Part shown: in pieces, positions 38,441 to 46,604 of the stretch
Layout: the number at the start of each line of letters is the position of its first letter
Position numbering within the stretch: position 1 is the first letter of the stretch
Source of the DNA: Candidatus Woesearchaeota archaeon
Lineage (GTDB): Archaea; Nanobdellota; Nanobdellia; SCGC-AAA011-G17; UBA489
DNA length: 64,000 bases
Assembly: GCA_018302985.1 (NCBI GenBank)
Contig: JAGVZA010000004.1
Location: 38,757 to 102,756, forward strand
Reading direction: 5' to 3'
Notes under the pieces: model-generated
Seen by the model: the letters and a program-made list of their open reading frames with translations, nothing else
Told to the model about the DNA's origin: nothing
Database searches by the model: none
Position numbers and translations under genes: made by a program

Positions 38441-39364
38441 CTAAGTAATACTTGTTCCTTCTTTTCCTTTTAATGCTTTCGCAACTCTTGCTGGAGACGT
38501 GATTATAACTTTTTTCCCACCATGCTTGAGAAAATTAATTGCAGCTTCTATTTTTGGTCCCATGGATCCTTCTGGGAAATGACCTTCTTGCATATATTGC
38601 TTTGCTTCCCTAATGGTAAGTGTGCTGAGATTTTTTTGGTTTGATTTTCCATAATTGAGAGCTACTTTGTTAACTCCTGTTAGAATAAGCAAGAGATCTG
38701 CTTTAATTTCTTTAGCAAGACAAGCTGAAGCCAAGTCCTTGTCAATTACTGCAGCAATACCCTTGAGCTTACCTCGTTCTTCATAGACTGGAATACCGCC
38801 CCCACCAGCAGCGATAACTATAGCATTCCTTTTCAATAACTCTTCTATGGCTTTTATTTCAATAATCTTTATTGGTTTTGGTGATGGAACTACTCTTCTC
38901 CAACCTCTTCCTGCATCTTCCTTAATATTAATTCCTTCTTTAGCTAATTTTTGTGCTTCTTTCTCCGTATAAAACATACCTATAGGTTTAGTTGGATTTT
39001 TAAAACCAGGATCTTTTTTATTGACTACTGTTTGTGTTACTAGAGAAACTACTTTTTTATTACTTTTTATTTTCTTTAGCTCATTAATTAACGATTGCTC
39101 TATAATATATTGTATTTCTCCTTCAAATTCAGCATCTAGAACATCTAAAGGCATAGGAGGGATCTTTTTTTCTGTTAGTTCATTTTGAGTTAATAAGTTT
39201 CCTATTTGAGGTCCTGAACCTGATACAATTACTATTTGATGTTGTTTTGCTAAATTAACTAATATTTTACATACTTTCACGATACTTTTTTTAATTTCTT
39301 TGTAAGTTCCTTTTTGACCTTTCTGTGTGATTGCGTTTCCTCCGAGTGCTAAAACAAGTCTCAT
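38441..39364 (-). CDS. arcC: Carbamate kinase
   Basis: ALGGNA, GPQIG, PTKPIG, WRRVVPSP.P, GGGGIPV, AVIDKD, GSMGPK; ATG 39364 overlaps the upstream TAA. Confidence 0.95.
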   Translation of the reverse strand: MRLVLALGGNAITQKGQKGTYKEIKKSIVKVCKILVNLAKQHQIVIVSGSGPQIGNLLTQNELTEKKIPPMPLDVLDAEFEGEIQYIIEQSLINELKKIKSNKKVVSLVTQTVVNKKDPGFKNPTKPIGMFYTEKEAQKLAKEGINIKEDAGRGWRRVVPSPKPIKIIEIKAIEELLKRNAIVIAAGGGGIPVYEERGKLKGIAAVIDKDLASACLAKEIKADLLLILTGVNKVALNYGKSNQKNLSTLTIREAKQYMQEGHFPEGSMGPKIEAAINFLKHGGKKVIITSPARVAKALKGKEGTSIT

Positions 39365-40365
39365 TAATGCCACCATCTCTTTACGGCTAATGCATGTGCT
39401 CTAAAAGGTTCAGCTCTTATATGATACAGTTTTTTATGCGAATATTTCATTAGATTTTCAATAAAGTCATTCCAAGAACTCATTTTTAAATAAATCAAAT
39501 AATTACTACTTCTGCCTGCATATATCTTTCCTCGATTTTTAATTTTATAATCTCTTTCTCTTTCGTTTATATTTATGCTATACTTTTCTTCTAGCTTCTT
39601 ATAATAGTCTAAGAACCACCATTTCTTTTTCGATTGTTCCAATCCTATTCTTTCTGGTTTATTGTTTTTAGTTACAAAATATCCATCAGTATCAAAAAAC
39701 CCCGCTGTAAAAGCATCAAATAACTTTTTATTATTCCAAATGCTTTTGAATGTTTCTTCTAAACACTCTCTCGTTTTAAACATATTTGCTAATGCTGACC
39801 AGTAAAAATAAATCCTCCAAGATGTAGCTTCTTTTCTGCTTGTTATTTTATCATCTTTATAAAAATGTATGTCTACTTTTCTATTCCCTAAATTCTTTCC
39901 TAACTCTACTATTAGTGAATATACCTTGTCTGCAAAGGAAGACTCTTTAATACCACCAACAATATATATTTTTCTCTCATCGATGTGACCATCACCCATA
40001 ATTAATCCGATTATATATGAAAATAATTCTGTGGGAACTGTATAATAAACTCGAAATAGCTGATTATTTATTTTTTGATATCTTCCATATTTCACATCAT
40101 ACTCTTCTCTATTAAACGAAACTCTAAGTATGGCTTTCTTAAATCCTGCAAATCTTTCTCTTTTGATATTGTATCTTAATAACCATTGGTGAATAACATG
40201 TCTATCTTTTCCTATCATTTTTCCTATGCTTTCTGCAGTATACCCTTCTTTTACACATCGTGCTAAAACTCTCTTAATAGTTTCTTTTCCTATTAATTCT
40301 TCTATTTTGTTAATCCTTTTAGAACTTACATTGGTTAGCTGTTCTATCTCACTCTTTTTTACCAT
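39364..40365 (-). CDS. Free-standing double-LAGLIDADG protein with N-terminal HTH
   Basis: YIIGLIMGDG and FTAGFFDTDG motifs; N-terminal TAESIGKMIG...VIHQWL..YNI HTH-like segment. Confidence 0.8.
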   Translation of the reverse strand: MVKKSEIEQLTNVSSKRINKIEELIGKETIKRVLARCVKEGYTAESIGKMIGKDRHVIHQWLLRYNIKRERFAGFKKAILRVSFNREEYDVKYGRYQKINNQLFRVYYTVPTELFSYIIGLIMGDGHIDERKIYIVGGIKESSFADKVYSLIVELGKNLGNRKVDIHFYKDDKITSRKEATSWRIYFYWSALANMFKTRECLEETFKSIWNNKKLFDAFTAGFFDTDGYFVTKNNKPERIGLEQSKKKWWFLDYYKKLEEKYSININERERDYKIKNRGKIYAGRSSNYLIYLKMSSWNDFIENLMKYSHKKLYHIRAEPFRAHALAVKRWWH

Positions 40366-40419
40366 AGTTTTAACAATAATTCCTTATTTATTAATCTTCT
40401 TGAGCTGTTTGAGAAATGA

Positions 40420-40785
40420 TTAGGACTTAATAGTGAGGTTTGCGCAGACATCAAAAATCTCAAATCGTTCAAAGCGTTTTTTACAACCAAGGGGCTTAGG
40501 GAACCAACTACATTTTCCTTCTTTACTATTTTCTTGAGGCTCACACCAACCTTCGCATTCTGCAGCTACCTTACATTTGTTTCCAGCATCACTGGTTTTA
40601 TTCATCCAGTACTTTGTTTTCTTGATTTGATCATAAATATAAATAGTTTCTACTTCTTCGGGATTCTTTTCTCTTATTTGTTCTTCGACTTCTGTTGTTA
40701 TTCCAGTGTCTTTAGGGATCAATGGCTTATCTGCAGTACATCCTGCAAGCAACAGCACTACAAGCAAAAAAAATATTCTTTTCAT
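40420..40785 (-). CDS. Cys-rich putative lipoprotein
   Basis: LLLAGC lipobox; DAG..C....ECEGWC...C...GC. Confidence 0.7.
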   Translation of the reverse strand: MKRIFFLLVVLLLAGCTADKPLIPKDTGITTEVEEQIREKNPEEVETIYIYDQIKKTKYWMNKTSDAGNKCKVAAECEGWCEPQENSKEGKCSWFPKPLGCKKRFERFEIFDVCANLTIKS

Positions 40786-41492
40786 AGGACCCTCGTTAGA
40801 TAATTATTGAAAAAATCTCCTAAATAATAAGATGCTAAAGTTGCTATTGCACCAATGATGACCATTTCTATTCCACTTCGCAACCAATCACGTCCAGTAT
40901 AATGCGTTTTTGCTACGCCTACTGCAAACAAGAGTGACATGCAGGTAACTGATGCAAGGATTAATGCTTCTTTTACCGGAAGTACAAAATAAGGAAGCAC
41001 AGGAATTGCTGCAGCCAATAAGAATGCACCGAAGGTCATCCATCCTACAGCACTAGGATTTTCCATGTTTTTCTTATTTACACCAATTTCTTCTTCCATC
41101 ATCACTTTCAACCATCTTTTTTTATTGCTGGTAATTCTTTTTACTACCATAGCTAATTCTTTACCTTTGAATCCTTTTTTTCTATAGATGGCTTCTATTT
41201 CTTTTTTCTCTAACTTAGGAACTGTCTTTATTTCTTCCTTTTCCCTCTGATATTCATGACGATAAAATTCTACTTGTGATTTTGTTGCAATGTAATTCCC
41301 TAAACCCATAGAAATAGCACCAGCAATCATATCCGCCAATCCACCAAGAATAACTACTTTGCTTCCCAACATAGCACCGCTGAGACCAGCAACTAGAGCT
41401 AGATTAGATACTGTGCCATCATTAAATCCGAAAATCAAAGAACGAATATACTTCCCACCTTTAGGGTGCATCGATGCCTCTTTTTTATTCAT
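40782..41492 (-). CDS. VIT1/CCC1 family Fe/Mn transporter
   Basis: IFG.NDG.VS, AGAISMGLG.Y, Glu-rich cytoplasmic loop. Confidence 0.93.
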   Translation of the reverse strand: MNKKEASMHPKGGKYIRSLIFGFNDGTVSNLALVAGLSGAMLGSKVVILGGLADMIAGAISMGLGNYIATKSQVEFYRHEYQREKEEIKTVPKLEKKEIEAIYRKKGFKGKELAMVVKRITSNKKRWLKVMMEEEIGVNKKNMENPSAVGWMTFGAFLLAAAIPVLPYFVLPVKEALILASVTCMSLLFAVGVAKTHYTGRDWLRSGIEMVIIGAIATLASYYLGDFFNNYLTRVL

Positions 41493-41531
41493 TAGATACT
41501 TGAGAAACTTAAGGTTATTTAATCTTTTGTT

Positions 41532-41990
41532 TTAGTAAGTATAATCAGACTGCACGATTCTGTGATGGAAAAATCGCTGATTAAGTGCATAATGTGGTTG
41601 TCTGTAGGTAGGATGAGCATAGTAAGGCTCGTAATAGTAACTATCGTAGGTATATTTTGGATAAGGTAAGAAGTATTTGTTAGTGTATTCAACGCGTACT
41701 TTGCAGGGATCAGTGCATGGAGGACTGTTCATGTTTTGTTGATATGCACAAGGATCAGCATTACAATTTACTGGAGTTCTTTGTTCCTCTGGCATGTATC
41801 TGCTCTTATCGAGATTTGACCATTCAGTTGGTGTGCTTACATAAGTAGTCTTTGTAGTGGGAGATTGTTGATAAGTTGGAGTATCTGCACTATAGACAGC
41901 AATACTTATAGAAGTTATGAGCAATAATACTAAGAGACCTAAAACACTAGCAATAGCGATCTTAAAAAATTTGATGTCTTCTTGTTCCAT
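41532..41990 (-). CDS. Membrane-anchored Tyr-rich hypothetical protein
   Basis: N-terminal TM; Y/P-rich tail. Confidence 0.6.
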   Translation of the reverse strand: MEQEDIKFFKIAIASVLGLLVLLLITSISIAVYSADTPTYQQSPTTKTTYVSTPTEWSNLDKSRYMPEEQRTPVNCNADPCAYQQNMNSPPCTDPCKVRVEYTNKYFLPYPKYTYDSYYYEPYYAHPTYRQPHYALNQRFFHHRIVQSDYTY

Positions 41991-42056
41991 ACTTTCTCTA
42001 AGTATTCTTCTTTTTTAAATCTTCTGGAAAAAAATCACTCTAGAGAAGGGACAAAA

Positions 42057-42587
42057 TTATTGGGGTTGTTGAGTATTGCATGTAGCTTGTAATTGATCAT
42101 ATCTTTCTTTAGCAGCATCTGCTTCTTCTTGTGCTTTATCTTGTTTAGTTTGTAAAATTTCTAAAGGAACAACATATTGCTCTTCTAACTCTTTCTTTTT
42201 TTGTTCATATTCAGCATTTAAGGTGTCTATTTCTTGTTGATAAGTAGTTACTACGTTTGTTGTTTCTGCAACATCGTCCTGACGTTGTTTTAAATCGAAA
42301 GCACATTGCCCTTCATAGGTATAATATTGACGCTGTTCTTCTGGAGTTTCTTCAACAGGAATTTCTTCTTGCTCTATCTGCTGTTGTGTTTCTTGTTCTT
42401 GTTGCTGTTCTTGAACTGCTGCACCTGTCAGTTGGTTCGAAGGTTGATTTACTACTGCAGCTGTTGGACTGTCATTACTTACCCACAACCAAGCGGCAAC
42501 TACTAAGAGTATGACTACTATAATCGCTACAATAGTAAATCTTGTTTTTTTTGACGGACCGAATACTTGCCAATTTCTTTTATTCAT
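42057..42587 (-). CDS. Membrane-anchored coiled-coil protein
   Basis: N-terminal TM; Q/E-rich heptads. Confidence 0.7.
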   Translation of the reverse strand: MNKRNWQVFGPSKKTRFTIVAIIVVILLVVAAWLWVSNDSPTAAVVNQPSNQLTGAAVQEQQQEQETQQQIEQEEIPVEETPEEQRQYYTYEGQCAFDLKQRQDDVAETTNVVTTYQQEIDTLNAEYEQKKKELEEQYVVPLEILQTKQDKAQEEADAAKERYDQLQATCNTQQPQ

Positions 42588-42677
42588 AGTCTTACTGATC
42601 TTGTTTGTCTATATAAGTTTTATTTAGATTCTCTAATATCTATGTTTAAGAATAATAAAAAACAACTGTGACTTTTA

Positions 42678-43691
42678 CTATAAATTACATTTTTTTGCCG
42701 GCTCTTTCAGCAATTCTTCTAAGAGTTGTATAAGATGTTGAATATCGTGCAAGCTCGCAATACCTACAGCTGTATGAATATTTCTAATAGCGACTCCCAA
42801 TACTGTACAAGGGATGCCTCCTTTTGCTACAGAAATAGTTAATGCGTCAGTTGTTCCAAAATCACTAATGTCTAACTGCAGAGGGATATTCTTTTTCTTT
42901 GCAACTTCTTTTAGCATATCATTGATGGAACGGTTAGTGATCATGTCTGCGTCTTTGATAGTTAAGCAAGGACCGCCGCCTATTTTTCTTGTAACTTGAT
43001 CTCCAAAATCATTGGTGCTTGTAGTATCTACTGCAATAGCCCAATCAGGTTCTATACTATATACTGAAGTTTCACCACCATATAACCCAATTTCTTCCTG
43101 CACCGTGAATACATAATAAATATCACTCTCTTTTTTCTTCAACCTTTTTGCAAGTTCAATCAACGCAAAACAACCAATACGATCATCCAACGCTTTTCCC
43201 GCGATTAATTTTCCATTACGCAAAGATACTACGCGCGGATGCAAGTGAATATAGGATCCAATTTCAACCCCTAGTTTATGCATTTCTTCTTTTGAGAATC
43301 CAGTGTCAATAATAATCTCCTCAATCTTTATTACATTTTTTATTTCATCATCATTAGCCATTTCCCGCGTGGTGACTATGCCTGTAATAAATTTGCCTTT
43401 GGCTTCCACTTCGACTACTTCTCCCAACAATGAGACTGCTTCAAAACCACCAACTTCAGAACAAGCAATACCATAATTATCAATACTTTTCACCATGAGC
43501 CCGATTTCATCCATGTGGGCGACTAACATTACTTTAGCACCCCTGCCTTTATGATGTGCGATTAAATTACCAAATTTATCTGTATGCACTTCATCAACAT
43601 AAGGTTTGATTTCTTTTTTGATCAGCTCGCGAACTCTCCATTCATCTCCGCTTGGTCCAGGCAACTCCATTAATCTTTTGAGGAAGTCCAT
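42678..43691 (-). CDS. M42 family aminopeptidase (TET-like)
   Basis: AHMDEIG, KALDDR.GC, QEEIGL.G, A.AVD, IH. Confidence 0.93.
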   Translation of the reverse strand: MDFLKRLMELPGPSGDEWRVRELIKKEIKPYVDEVHTDKFGNLIAHHKGRGAKVMLVAHMDEIGLMVKSIDNYGIACSEVGGFEAVSLLGEVVEVEAKGKFITGIVTTREMANDDEIKNVIKIEEIIIDTGFSKEEMHKLGVEIGSYIHLHPRVVSLRNGKLIAGKALDDRIGCFALIELAKRLKKKESDIYYVFTVQEEIGLYGGETSVYSIEPDWAIAVDTTSTNDFGDQVTRKIGGGPCLTIKDADMITNRSINDMLKEVAKKKNIPLQLDISDFGTTDALTISVAKGGIPCTVLGVAIRNIHTAVGIASLHDIQHLIQLLEELLKEPAKKCNL

Positions 43692-44073
43692 TAGAGATTC
43701 ACCGCTTTAGTTCTCTTTTTACTATAACTAGCGCAGACTAGAATCTTTTGTTTCATCTCTTTTCATTTTTTCTTTTCTTTTCTTTTATTTAAATGTTCTT
43801 ATTTCTGTTCTATCTTTCTAATATACCTATATCTCTTTCTCTCCTTTTTTACTCCTCTTTTTTTATCAACAGCCATTTCCAGAGAGGAATATACTTTATC
43901 TGACCTACTTTTTTCTCCCTAGTATTTCTCTATTTTCCACTTTACCTCTTCTAAAAAGTCATCCCATTTCGGTCTTCCTTAATTCTCTCTAGTTGATTGT
44001 TTTATCTCTCTTCTTGAATATATCTCTTCTAATATACTCATACATATATATCTCTTTTTCTTGTGATGGTGTT

Positions 44074-46053
44074 ATGGGAAAATACAGGGCACAGAAAGGA
44101 TTTCTCTTAATAGTTGTTGTATTATTAGCAGCAACGTTTTTTGCTTCTCTATATAATGATTCAACTGGAGAAGCTGTGCGAACTAAACGAACTACCATAG
44201 CGACAAAACAACCCCTTTCATATCAACAGCCTCAAGGTGGTGAAGATTCAGGATCTGTTCTTATTCCTGGAACTGGATGGACCGGGCCAACACCTATTCC
44301 TGGTCCTATAGGAAATCCTTTGGCTCAAGGTCATGACGCAACAGCAATAGCACATTCGGATATGGTTCCCTTTCAAACTACTAGCACTACCATGAATATA
44401 GGAGTCTTAGCCTATCATATTAATGGCATAGAAAAAGTTTCATTTAGTGTTAATAATGGTCCTTGGGTTGATGTTTTTAGTCCTACTCTTAATCCAGAAA
44501 CAGAAGTAGAAGAATATTGGGCGGTTCTTGACGCTTCTCAATTTTTAACTGATGGCCCTGTTGAAATACGAGCAATTGCTTATCCAATTAATGGTTATCC
44601 TAAAGTTTTACAAGGAACAACAATTATAGATCATGATAGTTCTATAATCTTGAATGTTAATCCTAGTGGCAGTCTTCCACATCGAGTACGATATGTTTCT
44701 ACTACAGGGAGTGATTCTTCTACCTGTGGTTTAACTTCTGCTACTGCTTGTCTGACTATAAGACATGCTGCTGATCTCGCTGCTATTTATTCAGGTGTTC
44801 CTGGGCAACCTGGAAATTTGGATGGAGCGGAGCTTAGATTAGGAGAGGGAACGTGGATCATGCCTGAATTTAGAGGTACTGGATTAATTCCTTTCTGGCA
44901 GCCCGCCTTTAGGACAACAACTAGATGGTTTACGATTACTTCCTCTGAAACTGTAAACCCCGATAATGTGTTAATTGACGAATTTTTTGGACCAGCTGAT
45001 GGACCTGGGCTTTGGTTAAAACAAGTAAGACTTTATGATGTTTCTCTCGTTGGTCACGCTAGAACGCCTCAAGCAAATTTTGAAGATTATTTTTGGGTGG
45101 ATAACTCTAAAGCATACTTTTTAGGAAATGTTATCACAAATAATCTTTGTGGAGCGCATTTCCAAGGTTATGACGCATTTACCAGCACCTATTTTACTGA
45201 TGTTTATATGGATAATACTTGTAATGGACCTCAAGATGCTGTTTTGGTGAGACATGTTTTCGCAGATCATACTGGTGCTGGGCATGCATCAAAGTCACAT
45301 ACTGTCATCGATTATACAGTTAATCGTGTTTATGGCTCTTTACTGAGTCAGATACCCCCTGGATATGATTATCATGGGGACTATTACCAAATGTATAGCC
45401 GCTATCAAGATATTATTATCAAAGGAGGTGGAACTCTACCAGGAGCACTTGTTTCCTCAAGAGGAATCGTTGATGAATATACTGCAAATCATCTTGTGAA
45501 AGATGTAGTCATTGATGGAATTTATCTTGATGTAAATCAACCAGGAATAATGGACGGATGGGTATTTTCTTATTGCGACCGTATTGACCATATGATTATC
45601 CAAGATTCCACTCTTATTGGAAGTTCTAACTGGTGCGGAGAACTTGGAGGCACACCTAATCCTTTAACAATGCATAACCTATTGATAAAAGATAGTATTT
45701 TTGAAAATGGTAATATTGATAAATTACCTCACCCCATACTTCCACAGATTAGGTATATAACTTCTCCAGCTAATTCCCCTACTAAATTGTTTGTTACTAC
45801 CTTGAGCACTTCACAACTTCGTTTGAAATGGATGGACAATAGCAACAACGAAAATCATTTTGAAGTAGAGCGACTACAATTACCTAATGGCATATTCGCT
45901 CCTTTACTTCCCGCATCAAGTTTACCAGCAAATACAGTTACTTTTACAGATACTGGATTACCTCCAAGCACCTCTTTCGCATACCGTGTAAGAGCAGTTA
46001 ATGCTGCAGGCCCATCTGCTTGGTCAAATATTGCTAATGGCAAAGTCATGTGA
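44074..46053 (+). CDS. Secreted/surface protein with C-terminal fibronectin type III domain
   Basis: N-terminal MGKYRAQKG-FLLIVVVLL signal; YVSTTGSD..CG motif as in beta-helix enzymes; C-terminal W.DNS.NE..F.VER...YRVRAVN..G.S.WSN. Confidence 0.8.
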   Translation: MGKYRAQKGFLLIVVVLLAATFFASLYNDSTGEAVRTKRTTIATKQPLSYQQPQGGEDSGSVLIPGTGWTGPTPIPGPIGNPLAQGHDATAIAHSDMVPFQTTSTTMNIGVLAYHINGIEKVSFSVNNGPWVDVFSPTLNPETEVEEYWAVLDASQFLTDGPVEIRAIAYPINGYPKVLQGTTIIDHDSSIILNVNPSGSLPHRVRYVSTTGSDSSTCGLTSATACLTIRHAADLAAIYSGVPGQPGNLDGAELRLGEGTWIMPEFRGTGLIPFWQPAFRTTTRWFTITSSETVNPDNVLIDEFFGPADGPGLWLKQVRLYDVSLVGHARTPQANFEDYFWVDNSKAYFLGNVITNNLCGAHFQGYDAFTSTYFTDVYMDNTCNGPQDAVLVRHVFADHTGAGHASKSHTVIDYTVNRVYGSLLSQIPPGYDYHGDYYQMYSRYQDIIIKGGGTLPGALVSSRGIVDEYTANHLVKDVVIDGIYLDVNQPGIMDGWVFSYCDRIDHMIIQDSTLIGSSNWCGELGGTPNPLTMHNLLIKDSIFENGNIDKLPHPILPQIRYITSPANSPTKLFVTTLSTSQLRLKWMDNSNNENHFEVERLQLPNGIFAPLLPASSLPANTVTFTDTGLPPSTSFAYRVRAVNAAGPSAWSNIANGKVM

Positions 46054-46176
46054 TCAAATTTGAAGAGTTCCTCCTGGCTCACAAAGACCACTAATTGCTC
46101 TTGATATTTCCACTAAAAAATTTATTCTTCCTTAGAAAGCAATACTCTTAAAAAGTAGTTTTCTTTACTCTTTTTT

Positions 46177-46548
46177 ATGAGTAAAATCCCAACCACGAAA
46201 AAACAATGTGCAGACTGCGGCAACTGCTGCACTAAGTTTTGGATCGCTTATCCCAAGAAAAAAGGACCTTGGAGCGGAGAGATTGATCGCTTTAAAATGC
46301 TGGATACGGATAAGATTTGGGTGGAAGAGCATGGAGACAGCTATTTAGTGGTTTTTGATTTTCCCTGTAAAAACGTCAGAAAAACAAAAGAAGGATGGCT
46401 TTGCAATATTTATGATTCAAGACCTGAGATTTGCAGACAATATCCAAGACATTATTCCCAAGGTGAAGAAAGATATTGTGCAGCTATGCATACTTACTCT
46501 GAAAAGAAGAAATTATCCCAAAAAAAACTTTCTCGAAGAAAAAAATAG
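46177..46548 (+). CDS. YkgJ-family Cys-cluster (zinc/Fe-S) protein
   Basis: C..CGNCC...C...CNIYDSRPEICRQYP. Confidence 0.88.
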   Translation: MSKIPTTKKQCADCGNCCTKFWIAYPKKKGPWSGEIDRFKMLDTDKIWVEEHGDSYLVVFDFPCKNVRKTKEGWLCNIYDSRPEICRQYPRHYSQGEERYCAAMHTYSEKKKLSQKKLSRRKK

Positions 46549-46604
46549 TTGTTACCCTTCCATAGTTCAAAACATTTATAAGTACATTTTAACGACTTTT
46601 TTAG

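Noticed and set aside
39364-40365. Intein or intron-encoded endonuclease
   Set aside because: No intein N/C-terminal splice motifs; it has its own start and stop; flanking genes are intact and no rRNA or tRNA host is visible
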